Source of the DNA: an uncultured bacterium
GTDB lineage: Bacteria > Bacillota_I > Bacilli_A > RF39 > UBA660
Length of the DNA: 64,000 nt
Direction of reading: 5' to 3'
Assembly (NCBI GenBank): GCA_900314465.1
Contig: OMVK01000006.1
Span: 87-64,086 of the forward strand
In this document: one piece after another, positions 1 through 9,279 of the stretch
Layout: every line of letters starts with the position of its first letter
Position numbering within the stretch: position 1 is the first letter of the stretch
Notes under the pieces: generated by a model
The model's input: only the letters and a program-made list of their open reading frames with translations
What the model was told of the DNA's origin: nothing
Database searches by the model: none
Translations under genes and position numbers: made by a program

Positions 1-1107
1 TAAAAATGAATATCTAAAAGGAAAATCGTTAGGAAAATGAAATAAATTAAATATACTATCTATTGGTCCAGTAAAAAATGTTATTATGAAAAACAATAAT
101 AAACCTAAATAACATATTTTATTTCTAAGAGATATCTTATTATTAAATATATATATTATTAATAAGACAACTGATAATATACCACAAGTTATTGGTGGTG
201 ATAATAATGGTTCTGAAAATAATCTTGACTCTATGCTACCTGTTAAATGATGTATTAAGAATGATTTAATTGTAATCGGATATTGAAGTGTTAAAAATAA
301 ATATCTTGAACTAGATGTTTCTAAAGAATCACTTATATTTAATAAAATATTAAATACAAATGAACATATTAATAAAGAAAAAATAGATGAACATAAATAA
401 ATAAGAAACTTTCTTGATATATCATTAAGATCTTTTTTTAAAGACTCTTTATGCATTTTATTTTTATATATCGAATAAAATATAAAATATACTATAGTAA
501 AAAGACATATCATATAAGCAATATAATAATTAGAAAATATCATGATAGATAAACTTATCGTATATAATTTCCATTTATTATTATTAATAATACTCTCTAA
601 ACCAAGTATTATTAATGGTAATAATACCATTGAATCAGTCCACATAATATTAAAATAATAATCACAATAATAACCAGAAAAAGCATATAAAACAGATAAA
701 CACACATATAAAATATTATTATTTTTGAATTTAGTAGATAAATAATAACACATAGTTAATGATGACAGTATAGGCCTTAAACCAATTAATATAGATACAA
801 GCAAATATATATTATTCTTATTAGCAAATATAAATATTATATTTAATGGACTAGATAAGTAATTAATAAAATCTCTATATATAGGAAAACCTAATCCACT
901 ATTAAATGTATATATTAATGATTTATGTGAATATATACGATTAATAATATTTACTATCATAGAAAAATATTGATTTTTAAAATCATTAAATAAAAGTGTA
1001 TTATTACCAAAAGGTACTATACCATTAATCATATAAATGATAGATATAATAACAAAAGATACACATACACTTACTAAACATAATTTCTTTTTACTACTAA
1101 TATTCAT
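1..1107 (-). CDS. YfhO-family polytopic membrane protein (N-terminal part; gene continues beyond window start)
   Basis: ORF not in track because it has no stop in the window. Minus-strand ATG at 1107 preceded by AGGTG RBS. Hand translation MNISSKKKLCLVSVCVSFVIISIIYMINGIVPFGNNTLLFNDFKNQYF... is multi-pass hydrophobic and resembles the YfhO N-terminus (PFGN-[DS]-[ST]-LL...D...QY). Confidence 0.5.
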   Translation of the reverse strand, partial: MNISSKKKLCLVSVCVSFVIISIIYMINGIVPFGNNTLLFNDFKNQYFSMIVNIINRIYSHKSLIYTFNSGLGFPIYRDFINYLSSPLNIIFIFANKNNIYLLVSILIGLRPILSSLTMCYYLSTKFKNNNILYVCLSVLYAFSGYYCDYYFNIMWTDSMVLLPLIILGLESIINNNKWKLYTISLSIMIFSNYYIAYMICLFTIVYFIFYSIYKNKMHKESLKKDLNDISRKFLIYLCSSIFSLLICSFVFNILLNISDSLETSSSRYLFLTLQYPITIKSFLIHHLTGSIESRLFSEPLLSPPITCGILSVVLLIIYIFNNKISLRNKICYLGLLLFFIITFFTGPIDSIFNLFHFPNDFPFRYSFL

Positions 1108-1158
1108 ATACACACCTAATATAATATTAACATATAAAAAAACTAATTGTTAAATTAA

Positions 1159-1989
1159 TTAATTTTTATCAATTAGTTTAGCCATTACAAGTAAATTATA
1201 TCGATAATATTTTTCATAATATAAAGGATTATTAGAACATGTTTGTAAGATAATAATACTATCACTAGATGTTACATTAACATTAGTATTATAATTAGAA
1301 TTACTCTTATATTTATCTAAATATTCTTGATATTCACTATCAGAATAATAACTTAGATTTCTAAAATATTCTAATCCTTCATCTTCTTTATTATTAGCAA
1401 GTGAAACATATACAGAAAATATTTCATATGTATAATTATGTCCTCCATAACTAATATAAATATATTTATGATTATTATAAAAGTCATAATTATTTTCATA
1501 ATTTTGAAGATAATTAAATGCTCCACTACCATTTAAGAAACTATGTCCATATATAATAGTTTTTTTATTGTCTAAGCCTGCTCTATAATCGATAAATGGT
1601 ACTCCAATATTATCTTTTTTACCATTAAGTGAATGTGATAAATAGTAATAACTTCCATCATCTCTTACTAAATTAGTAGAAAAATTAGAATTACTTATAG
1701 ATAAAGTACCTACTGTTATATTACTTTTAGTTGTTGTAGTTACACTAGTAGTTTTTTTAGTAGTTTTACTTGTTGTAGTTTTAGTAGTACTTATACTTGT
1801 TGTAGTAGTCTCAGTTGTTTCTATTTCACTAGTTGTACTTGTTGTAGTTGTATCTATTTCATCTGCTAAAGCTACATAATTACTATTATTTAATTTAACA
1901 CTACTATAACCTATAGATAATACTATTCCACATAATAATATCCCACTTAATATATTTACAATAATATTTTTCATATCAACCAACCCCAC
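1159..1989 (-). CDS. class B sortase-like transpeptidase (N-terminal TM anchor, Thr/Ser-rich linker)
   Basis: SrtB-like motif spacing: DGSYYYLSHS, GVPFIDYR, NKKTIIYGH (catalytic His), YEIFSV, IIILQTCS (TLxTC Cys motif). N-terminal hydrophobic anchor. TTTT/S repeats. Confidence 0.6.
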   Translation of the reverse strand: MGLVDMKNIIVNILSGILLCGIVLSIGYSSVKLNNSNYVALADEIDTTTTSTTSEIETTETTTTSISTTKTTTSKTTKKTTSVTTTTKSNITVGTLSISNSNFSTNLVRDDGSYYYLSHSLNGKKDNIGVPFIDYRAGLDNKKTIIYGHSFLNGSGAFNYLQNYENNYDFYNNHKYIYISYGGHNYTYEIFSVYVSLANNKEDEGLEYFRNLSYYSDSEYQEYLDKYKSNSNYNTNVNVTSSDSIIILQTCSNNPLYYEKYYRYNLLVMAKLIDKN

Positions 1990-2030
1990 GTTGATAATTT
2001 ATTATACTCAAAAAATATTAACTTGCAAAT

Positions 2031-2060
2031 TTACAAAAAAACTAGATATAAATATCTAGT
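2031..2060 (-). terminator. rho-independent terminator downstream of lemA
   Basis: Perfect 10-bp palindrome aactagatat-aa-atatctagtt, followed on the minus strand by TTTTTTTG. Confidence 0.5.
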
Positions 2061-2063
2061 TAA

Positions 2064-2582
2064 TTAAGCTGTTCTAAAATATTGCCATCTACCAATACCA
2101 AACATTTTAGCTACCATATTAGTTGGTGCTCTAGAAATAAGATTATTCATTTTTAATACATTATCATCATACTTACCTCTAGCTGTTTCAATTCTTGTAT
2201 TAGCGTCATTAAATGCTTTATCCCACTCTGGTGCTGAAAAACCAACTTGTGATGTTATCTTATTTATCTGAAATAACATATAATTAAGTGAATAATACGA
2301 ATTAGATACATCAGTAATCGATACTTTTGTATTAAAACTATCAATTAAATTCATAACCCCATTATAACTATTAGTATCTATATATGTCTTAATATATGGA
2401 AGATATTGTTTAGCTAAATTAAATTTAAAATTAACTTCATTATATAATTCTTTATAGTTATCTGTTAATTCATTCTTTTGTAATATTAATTTATTATAAG
2501 AATTAACTATAAATATAACTATTGAATCAACAAATAATACTATAAATACAATAAGAAGTAATATCATTAAATTAGTACTCAT
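2064..2582 (-). CDS. lemA: LemA family membrane protein
   Basis: N-terminal TM. C-terminal ...NMVAKMFGIGRWQYF matches the LemA C-terminal signature (f.anlvAkmfGf....yF). Confidence 0.65.
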   Translation of the reverse strand: MSTNLMILLLIVFIVLFVDSIVIFIVNSYNKLILQKNELTDNYKELYNEVNFKFNLAKQYLPYIKTYIDTNSYNGVMNLIDSFNTKVSITDVSNSYYSLNYMLFQINKITSQVGFSAPEWDKAFNDANTRIETARGKYDDNVLKMNNLISRAPTNMVAKMFGIGRWQYFRTA

Positions 2583-2638
2583 ATTCTAACACCTATTATA
2601 ATAATAAAATATAATTAAAAAAAAGAAAATAGATATTT

Positions 2639-2848
2639 CTATTTTTTAACTGGATCATAACCACCAATGTTAAATGGATTACATCTTAATATTCTTTTTA
2701 TCGCAAGTATACTACCCTTAAATACCCCATAATACTCAATAGCTTCAATTGCGTATTCTGAACAACTCGGAACAAATTTACAATTATTATGCGTACTAAT
2801 AGGCATTCTTTGATATAACCTAATTAATTTAATTATTAGTTTCTTCAT
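2639..2848 (-). CDS. yidD: membrane protein insertion efficiency factor YidD
   Basis: 69 aa. [13 protein letters not shown]...[19 protein letters not shown]...[16 protein letters not shown]...GYDPV is the canonical YidD sequence. Confidence 0.9.
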   Translation of the reverse strand: MKKLIIKLIRLYQRMPISTHNNCKFVPSCSEYAIEAIEYYGVFKGSILAIKRILRCNPFNIGGYDPVKK

Positions 2849-3641
2849 TAAATATCTTACTTTCTATTTCTTTACCATTTTTATCATATAAACATACCCT
2901 AATATTTAATAATAAATCATGAATGCTTCTTTCATCATCTCTTAATATCATAACAATAATAAATGCAAGTTCATAAAAATATTGAATATAAGAATTAATC
3001 TTATATATATTAATGTAAGTATTAATATCTTTTATATTAACAATAAATATATTTACTAATAAGAATATTGTTTCTGATATTAATATAGCTTTAATAAGAT
3101 ATTTCCATAAAGGTATATCTTTTTTAGGATTACTATTATATACAGTCTTTAATCTAAATAACAACTTACCTACAGTTTTGCCATGTAAGATAAATTCAAG
3201 TATTCCAAAATATAATATATATACAATAATATCTATAATATACATATTTCTATTATAAGTATTAATCTGATATACAAACTTATTATATGTATCATTATAT
3301 TCATTATTTATATTAGTAAGTATTTCTTTATTTTTATCTTCACTTACTTCTTCATCTATATTAATATCTTTAAAACATTCACTAAAATAAGAATAATTAG
3401 TAAATAAAGTTTTATATTCATCACTATCTATCTTATTATCTTCAAAAAAAGAATTATAATTTTCTGTTAACTCACTATATTGTCTTGTTAAATTACTTTG
3501 ATATTCCATAACTTGATTAGCATCATTTTTACTAGGATTAATATAACTAATAAAAGATAAACCTAAGATAATAAAATAACATAATAACATATCTAACATA
3601 AATGCAAGTATTCTATAAATAAGTTTCTTCATGATAATCAC
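2829..3641 (-). CDS. RDD-family membrane protein with a large internal low-complexity insert
   Basis: N-terminal [11 protein letters not shown]... plus later [15 protein letters not shown] resemble RDD-domain motifs. Several TM helices. Confidence 0.45.
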   Translation of the reverse strand: MIIMKKLIYRILAFMLDMLLCYFIILGLSFISYINPSKNDANQVMEYQSNLTRQYSELTENYNSFFEDNKIDSDEYKTLFTNYSYFSECFKDINIDEEVSEDKNKEILTNINNEYNDTYNKFVYQINTYNRNMYIIDIIVYILYFGILEFILHGKTVGKLLFRLKTVYNSNPKKDIPLWKYLIKAILISETIFLLVNIFIVNIKDINTYINIYKINSYIQYFYELAFIIVMILRDDERSIHDLLLNIRVCLYDKNGKEIESKIFNEETNN

Positions 3642-3747
3642 CTATAAATTTTATTATACTATAAAATAATATTAAAAAACTATTATTTTATTAACCTAAT
3701 TGCTTTTTATATTAAATAATAGTAATATTTTTTTAGGAGTTGATTTA

Positions 3748-4071
3748 ATGAGTACAAATACAATTATATCAGGTATTATTATTGCTATTGTATTAGTTAT
3801 AATATTACTAGTAGTACTTAAATTAAATAAAAAAGATTTTAATTTAGAAGTTAATAAGTTAGTTCAATATTTAGGAGGAAAAGATAATATTTTAGATACC
3901 GAAGTTAATATGTCTAGATTTAAAGTTACATTAAAAGATGTATCTAAAGTAGATAAAGAAGGTATACAAAAACTTGGTGCTAAGGGTATTGTTGAAGTAG
4001 ATAATCAATTAAAAATTATCTTTGGTGATAATTCTAAAGCATTAAAAAGATATATTGATGATATGAAATAA
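3748..4071 (+). CDS. membrane-anchored PTS EIIB(Glc)-like domain protein lacking the phospho-Cys
   Basis: AGGAG RBS 8 nt upstream of ATG at 3748. Single N-terminal TM. LVQYLGGKDNILDTEVNMSRFKVTLKDVSKVDKEGIQKLGAKGIVEVDNQLKIIFGDNSKAL aligns residue-by-residue with the PtsG EIIB domain (GGKENI..LDACITRLRV..DVSKVD..GLKKLGA.GVV..G..VQ.IFG..S..L) but has NMSRF in place of CITRL. Confidence 0.6.
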   Translation: MSTNTIISGIIIAIVLVIILLVVLKLNKKDFNLEVNKLVQYLGGKDNILDTEVNMSRFKVTLKDVSKVDKEGIQKLGAKGIVEVDNQLKIIFGDNSKALKRYIDDMK

Positions 4072-4099
4072 ACTCGTTAAAAAAACGAGTTTATTTTTA
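4070..4099. terminator. bidirectional rho-independent terminator between convergent genes
   Basis: aaactcgtt-aaaaaaa-aacgagttt hairpin flanked by T/A runs on both strands. Confidence 0.6.
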
Positions 4100-4101
4100 T
4101 C

Positions 4102-4314
4102 TTAGATATCTTTAATATTAGTTACTTTATAATCTAAATTAGTAATCTTATCAGTTATTTCATCATTACTAATATTATTACCCTCAACTATAGCTTTACC
4201 TTTCTTTAAATCAACTTTTACTTTTTTAATACCATCAATACTTTTTAAAGCATTAGTAACACTAATAACACAATGATTACACATCATTCCTTCGATATCA
4301 ATTTCTTTTTTCAT
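4102..4314 (-). CDS. copZ: copper chaperone CopZ (HMA domain)
   Basis: 70 aa. GMMCNHCVISVTNAL is the MxCxxC heavy-metal-associated motif. Confidence 0.9.
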   Translation of the reverse strand: MKKEIDIEGMMCNHCVISVTNALKSIDGIKKVKVDLKKGKAIVEGNNISNDEITDKITNLDYKVTNIKDI

Positions 4315-4324
4315 TTTATCACTC

Positions 4325-6499
4325 CTATTTAATTTTATTTAATCTTAATGCATTTAATATAACTGTAATTGATGATAACATCATAGAAATAGATGCTATC
4401 ATTGGATTAATAGTTATATAATTTCTAAATAAACCAGTAGCTATTAATATCATAATAATATTATAAAAAAATGCCCAAAATAAATTTTCTTTTATTATTT
4501 TTTCAGTCTTTTTACCAATCTTAAATAAATCTATTATCTTTGATAAATTATCATTAATAAGTATGACATCTGATGCATTAGATGCTATATCAGTACCACT
4601 TCCAAGAGTAACACTTACATCACTTCGAGCAAGACTTGGGGCATCATTTATCCCATCTCCAACCATCATGACTTTGTGATTATCACTTTGAAGACTACTT
4701 ATTTTTTCTTCTTTATCTTTTGGTAATACTTCAGATATTATATTATCTATATTTAACTTCTTACCAACACTTTCAGCAAGTATCTTACTATCACCAGATA
4801 ACATATAGACACTTTTATCCATCTTTTTAAGTTCACTAATTGTCTTTTTAGCATCACTTCTAATAACATCACTTACGCCTACTAAACCAATAACTTTATA
4901 ATCTTCCACTAAATATAATATCGTATTATTATCTTTTTCTAATTTAATTTCATCATCTAAATGATCATTTTTAATATTATATTTATTTAATAATTTATTA
5001 TTACCTACTAAATAAGTTTTCTTATTAATAATACCTTTTAATCCCATACCATTAATAGTTTCACTATTAGTAACATTATATTTATCATAATCACTAAATG
5101 CACTAGCTATCGGATGAGTAGATATGCTTTCAAGTGATGATATTAATTTTAATAACTCATTATCTTTATTTTTAGAATAATTATATACTTTAGCTACTTT
5201 TAATTTACCATATGTAAGTGTACCAGTTTTATCAAATATAATATTATCTATATTATTAACATTTTCAAAAACACTACAACTTTTAACAAGTATTCCTCTT
5301 TTAGCTGATGCACCAAGTGATACAATTACAGCAAGTGGTGTTGCAAGACCAAGTGAACAAGGACATGCAACAACTAATACATTAACAAATGCTTCAAGTG
5401 CATAATTTTTATCAACAAATAAGTAAATAACTAAAGTAACTATTGCAACAAGCATTACCAAAGGAACAAATATACTGCTTATTTTATCTGCAATACGTTC
5501 TGATTTAGTCTTAGAATTACTTGCATTAATTACTAAATGAACTATCTCAGATATCGTAGATTTAGGTCCTATTCTCGTAGCTTTATATTCAATATACGAA
5601 TCCATATTAAGTGAACCAGCAATTACTTCATCATTAATACTTTTTTTATAGTATTTAGATTCACCAGTAATAAATGCTTCATCAAAGTGAGCACTACCTT
5701 TAGTAATAATACCATCAGTTGCTACCTTCATACCTGGTTTACAAATTAAGATATCTCCTTCATTTACTTCATCAATAGTAACTTTTTTTTCTGAATCTTT
5801 AGTTTTTAATAAAGCATAATTAGGTGTAATAGTTACTAAATCTTTTATTGCATCTTTAGTATGTTCTCTTGAAGAAACTTCAATAGTTCTACCTAATTTA
5901 ACAAAATAAATAACAGTCATACAAGATTCAAAATATAAACTATTAACATAATCATAATTACCATTAAATATATATATCATATGCATAAAAGAATATATAA
6001 ATGAAGCAAATACACCAATAGTAACTAAACTATCCATATTAGGATCTTTATGTATTAAATCTATTAGACCTCTTTTAATAATACCTATTCCATAAATAAT
6101 ATATACAAGTGCAAATATACACATAAATAATGAATAAATAACTGGATAATTCATATTAATATATGGAATACTAGGTAACATAAACATATTACTCATAGAT
6201 ATATACATAATTATAACTAATAAGATACCAAATATAATTAAAGATTTAATATTATTATTTTTTTTATTTAAGTCTTTTTTGGGATCAAATATACCAGCAT
6301 ATGTATATCCTGAGTCATTAATAAATTTACCTATTTTATCTACATTTAATTTTTTATCATCATACGTTACTTCAGCTTGATTTAATATTAAATTAACTTT
6401 AGCATCTATAATACCATCTTGTTTATTTAAATATTTTTCAACATGATTTGAACAAGCAGAACAAGACATACCATCTACATTTAAAATAATCTTCTTCAT
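4325..6499 (-). CDS. copA: copper-translocating P1B-type ATPase
   Basis: N-terminal HMA (GMSCSACSNHVEKYL), CPC transmembrane metal site, DKTGTLT phosphorylation motif, MVGDGINDAP hinge. Confidence 0.95.
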   Translation of the reverse strand: MKKIILNVDGMSCSACSNHVEKYLNKQDGIIDAKVNLILNQAEVTYDDKKLNVDKIGKFINDSGYTYAGIFDPKKDLNKKNNNIKSLIIFGILLVIIMYISMSNMFMLPSIPYINMNYPVIYSLFMCIFALVYIIYGIGIIKRGLIDLIHKDPNMDSLVTIGVFASFIYSFMHMIYIFNGNYDYVNSLYFESCMTVIYFVKLGRTIEVSSREHTKDAIKDLVTITPNYALLKTKDSEKKVTIDEVNEGDILICKPGMKVATDGIITKGSAHFDEAFITGESKYYKKSINDEVIAGSLNMDSYIEYKATRIGPKSTISEIVHLVINASNSKTKSERIADKISSIFVPLVMLVAIVTLVIYLFVDKNYALEAFVNVLVVACPCSLGLATPLAVIVSLGASAKRGILVKSCSVFENVNNIDNIIFDKTGTLTYGKLKVAKVYNYSKNKDNELLKLISSLESISTHPIASAFSDYDKYNVTNSETINGMGLKGIINKKTYLVGNNKLLNKYNIKNDHLDDEIKLEKDNNTILYLVEDYKVIGLVGVSDVIRSDAKKTISELKKMDKSVYMLSGDSKILAESVGKKLNIDNIISEVLPKDKEEKISSLQSDNHKVMMVGDGINDAPSLARSDVSVTLGSGTDIASNASDVILINDNLSKIIDLFKIGKKTEKIIKENLFWAFFYNIIMILIATGLFRNYITINPMIASISMMLSSITVILNALRLNKIK

Positions 6500-6505
6500 A
6501 TATAC

Positions 6506-6787
6506 CTACTTAATCTTATCTATTAAGTCCATTACTTCATCAATAACATCTGTATTTCCCTCTTTAATATCATCAGTAACACAGGTTTCTAAATGAACTT
6601 TTAGTACTTCACTTTCAAGACTTTTAATAGAATTAACAATAGATGATAATTGAACCAATACATCATAACAATATCTATCATCACTAATCATTTTACTAAC
6701 ACCATTTATTTGTCCAGATATTATATTTAATCTTTTAATTAATTTCTTTTTATCTTCATCACTTCTAGGCACATTTTTATGTTTCAT
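6506..6787 (-). CDS. csoR: CsoR-family copper-sensing transcriptional repressor
   Basis: 93 aa. RLNIISGQINGVSKMISDDRYCYDVLVQLSSI...H..C is the CsoR/RcnR fold with conserved Cys/His. First gene of the csoR-copA-copZ operon. Confidence 0.85.
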   Translation of the reverse strand: MKHKNVPRSDEDKKKLIKRLNIISGQINGVSKMISDDRYCYDVLVQLSSIVNSIKSLESEVLKVHLETCVTDDIKEGNTDVIDEVMDLIDKIK

Positions 6788-6789
6788 AC

Positions 6790-6836
6790 TAACACCTCAG
6801 TATATAAGATACAATATACCCCTATACCCTGTCAAT
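6790..6836 (-). promoter_or_regulatory. candidate cop promoter with GC-rich candidate CsoR operator
   Basis: Minus strand reads aatattgacaGGGTATAGGGGGTATATtgtatcttatatactgaggtgttagtATG. TTGACA -35 box. The only G/C-dense element in the neighbourhood is the direct repeat TATACCC(C) x2, positioned like a CsoR operator. Confidence 0.35.
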
Positions 6837-6838
6837 AT

Positions 6839-7849
6839 TTAATTATTAAATCTTTTAATTGATTTTATATATAAATAATTATCCATATCATAATTTTTAT
6901 TCTTATTAATATAATTATATGCTCTTTTACTAATACTACTTATTCTCTTATTATTAACTAATGGATCTATATATCTAATCTTACTTTTAATATTAACATA
7001 ATATATATCATTATTAGGTTTAATCTTTCTACTATATAATCTTTTACTATTAGACCATATCTTAAATATATTACTTAATCTAGAATTATTAATAATATTA
7101 ATAATATCACTTTCTTTTAATTTATATAAATCATCTATAGTAACTATATTATCTTTATTTAAACAATAAACTATATCTGCAAGTAATTGCATACTATATC
7201 TTGTTTTATTATCTCTATATAAAATAGATAGTTTAGAAGTAATATTAACAAATTTAATAGCAATATCTTTATTATTAAAACCTAATTCTTCTACTCCATC
7301 TATTATTTTAATACTAATATCATTATATATTTTTTTAACATCATTAATACTTATTTTATTATAAACAAATAAACCATTAGATAAAGAATATTCAAGTCTA
7401 TCTGAACTAAGTTTTGGTGTATCATTATCTGCTATTGGATATATATGATAATTATATACATCATCTATACTAATATTATCCTTTTTTAATAAAGACATTA
7501 TTTCTTTAGAATTTTCTATTATTTTTCTTGTATATTCTTCCGTAGATTCTTGTTTTAAATAATCTTTATTTAAATAATCTATCGTATGTTTAAATACAGG
7601 TGTTGATATATCATGAAATAAACCTGATAATGTTTGTTTTTTATCATGAGTAAAATTCCATATTATTAAAGCAACACCAATCGAATGATCAAGTGAAGAA
7701 TAATAATTAATATTAAATAATTTAGAATAATATTGTCCACAAGAAACGCTTATATATTTAAGTCTTTGCATTTCTTTTGTATTAATATATTCATCTAACC
7801 ATTTAGGATAATCACTACATAATATATTATAATATTCTTTAATATTCAT
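6839..7849 (-). CDS. HD-domain phosphohydrolase family protein
   Basis: LDHSIGVALII......GLFHDISTP gives the H...HD metal-binding signature. Confidence 0.55.
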   Translation of the reverse strand: MNIKEYYNILCSDYPKWLDEYINTKEMQRLKYISVSCGQYYSKLFNINYYSSLDHSIGVALIIWNFTHDKKQTLSGLFHDISTPVFKHTIDYLNKDYLKQESTEEYTRKIIENSKEIMSLLKKDNISIDDVYNYHIYPIADNDTPKLSSDRLEYSLSNGLFVYNKISINDVKKIYNDISIKIIDGVEELGFNNKDIAIKFVNITSKLSILYRDNKTRYSMQLLADIVYCLNKDNIVTIDDLYKLKESDIINIINNSRLSNIFKIWSNSKRLYSRKIKPNNDIYYVNIKSKIRYIDPLVNNKRISSISKRAYNYINKNKNYDMDNYLYIKSIKRFNN

Positions 7850-7878
7850 ACTTTATCACCTAAATATATTATATAAAA

Positions 7879-7900
7879 AATAGTGTCATAAGACACTATT
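7879..7900 (-). terminator. tyrS terminator overlapping the stop codon
   Basis: aatagtgtc-ataa-gacactatt perfect hairpin, followed on the minus strand by TTTTTTATAT. Confidence 0.5.
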
Positions 7901-9104
7901 TAATAATAAGCTTAATAAAATTCTTTTTACCTTTTTGTACTAAGATACCATCTTTATTATAAGATTCATCTATCATAAGTGTTGGATCATTTATCTTATT
8001 TGTATTAATACTTATCGCATTTTGTAATACCATTCTTTTAGCTTCTGATTTAGATGGGAATAATTTAGTTTCCATTAATAAATCTAAGATATTAATAGGT
8101 AATTTAATAGATACTTCAAGTTTATCTACTGAATCAGTGTTACCTGAAAATATTCCTTCAGCTTTTTCTTTAGCATTATTTGCATCTTCTTCCCCATGAA
8201 TATCTTTAACTACTTCATATGCAAGTGTTTTTTGAGCAATACGTGATTCTGGATGAGCTTTTTGTTCTTTCATAATCTTATCTATTTCTTCTTTAGTTAA
8301 GAATGTAAATACTTTTAAATATTCTTCAACTTTATCATCAGATGAATTAAATAAATATTGATATAAATCATATGGACTTGTTTTTTCTTTATCAAGCCAT
8401 AGTGCATTACCCTCACTCTTACCAAATTTTTTACCAGTTGCATCTAAGATTAATGGCATAGTAAAACCATATGCATCTTTACCTAATTTCTTATTAATTA
8501 ATTCAATACCAGTGGTAATATTACCCCATTGATCAGATCCTGCTGCTTGCATAATACAATTCTTATGAGTATATAAATAATAAAAATCATAACCCTGAAG
8601 TAATGTATAACTAAATTCAGCATATGTAATACCAGTTTCAAGTCTTCTTCTAATAATATCTTTATTTAACATATAACCAAGATTAATATATTTACCTACA
8701 TCTCTAAAGAAATCAAGTACTGTCATATCTTTAGTCCAGTCATAGTTGTTAACTATTTCAACATCATTATTAAATAATTTCTTTATTTGTTTTTCTAATC
8801 CTTGTAAGTTTTTTTCAACTGTTTCTTTTGAGATAAGAGCACGTTCAGCACTTGGTCTAGGATCTCCGATTAAACCAGTTGCACCACCAATTAAAACAAT
8901 CGGATGATGTCCATATGATGCAAGTCTCTTAGCTGTCATAAAAGAACTATAATGACCTAAATGTAGTGAATCAGCTGATGGATCAGTTCCAATATAAAAA
9001 GTCATACCACCTTTATTTAACTTATCTTTAAAATCTTCATTATTAGTCATATCCTTGATAAGACCACGATACATTAAATCTTCATAACATGTCATTTTTT
9101 TCAT
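7896..9104 (-). CDS. tyrS: tyrosine--tRNA ligase
   Basis: HIGH motif (SLHLGHY), KMSKS variant (KFGKSEG), C-terminal S4-like domain, class I aaRS layout, 402 aa. Confidence 0.95.
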   Translation of the reverse strand: MKKMTCYEDLMYRGLIKDMTNNEDFKDKLNKGGMTFYIGTDPSADSLHLGHYSSFMTAKRLASYGHHPIVLIGGATGLIGDPRPSAERALISKETVEKNLQGLEKQIKKLFNNDVEIVNNYDWTKDMTVLDFFRDVGKYINLGYMLNKDIIRRRLETGITYAEFSYTLLQGYDFYYLYTHKNCIMQAAGSDQWGNITTGIELINKKLGKDAYGFTMPLILDATGKKFGKSEGNALWLDKEKTSPYDLYQYLFNSSDDKVEEYLKVFTFLTKEEIDKIMKEQKAHPESRIAQKTLAYEVVKDIHGEEDANNAKEKAEGIFSGNTDSVDKLEVSIKLPINILDLLMETKLFPSKSEAKRMVLQNAISINTNKINDPTLMIDESYNKDGILVQKGKKNFIKLIIK

Positions 9105-9105
9105 A

Positions 9106-9232
9106 ATAATCCTTCTTTCTAAAATAAAAAAAGAATGATACCAAGGAGTCTATTAAGACGGTACCATCCTTTATTTAACTTTCTTACTTATAACGTTAGT
9201 TACCCGTGTTAACTCCGAGTTTGTAGGGCTCT
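9106..9232 (-). ncRNA. T-box riboswitch leader for tyrS
   Basis: Minus-strand RNA contains AAAGGAUGGUACCGUC (T-box consensus AGGGUGGNACCGCG), immediately followed by terminator helix GGAUGGUACC...GGUAUCAUUC plus a U-run. A UAC-A tyrosine specifier candidate (cccUACAaa) sits upstream in the stem I region. Confidence 0.75.
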
Positions 9233-9233
9233 T

Positions 9234-9263
9234 CAACATTAACTTACAATTTAAAGTATATCT
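9234..9263 (-). promoter_or_regulatory. candidate sigma-A promoter for tyrS leader
   Basis: Minus strand TTGACA, then 18 nt, then TATACT, just upstream of the T-box leader. Confidence 0.4.
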
Positions 9264-9279
9264 TTAAATTATTTTATTG

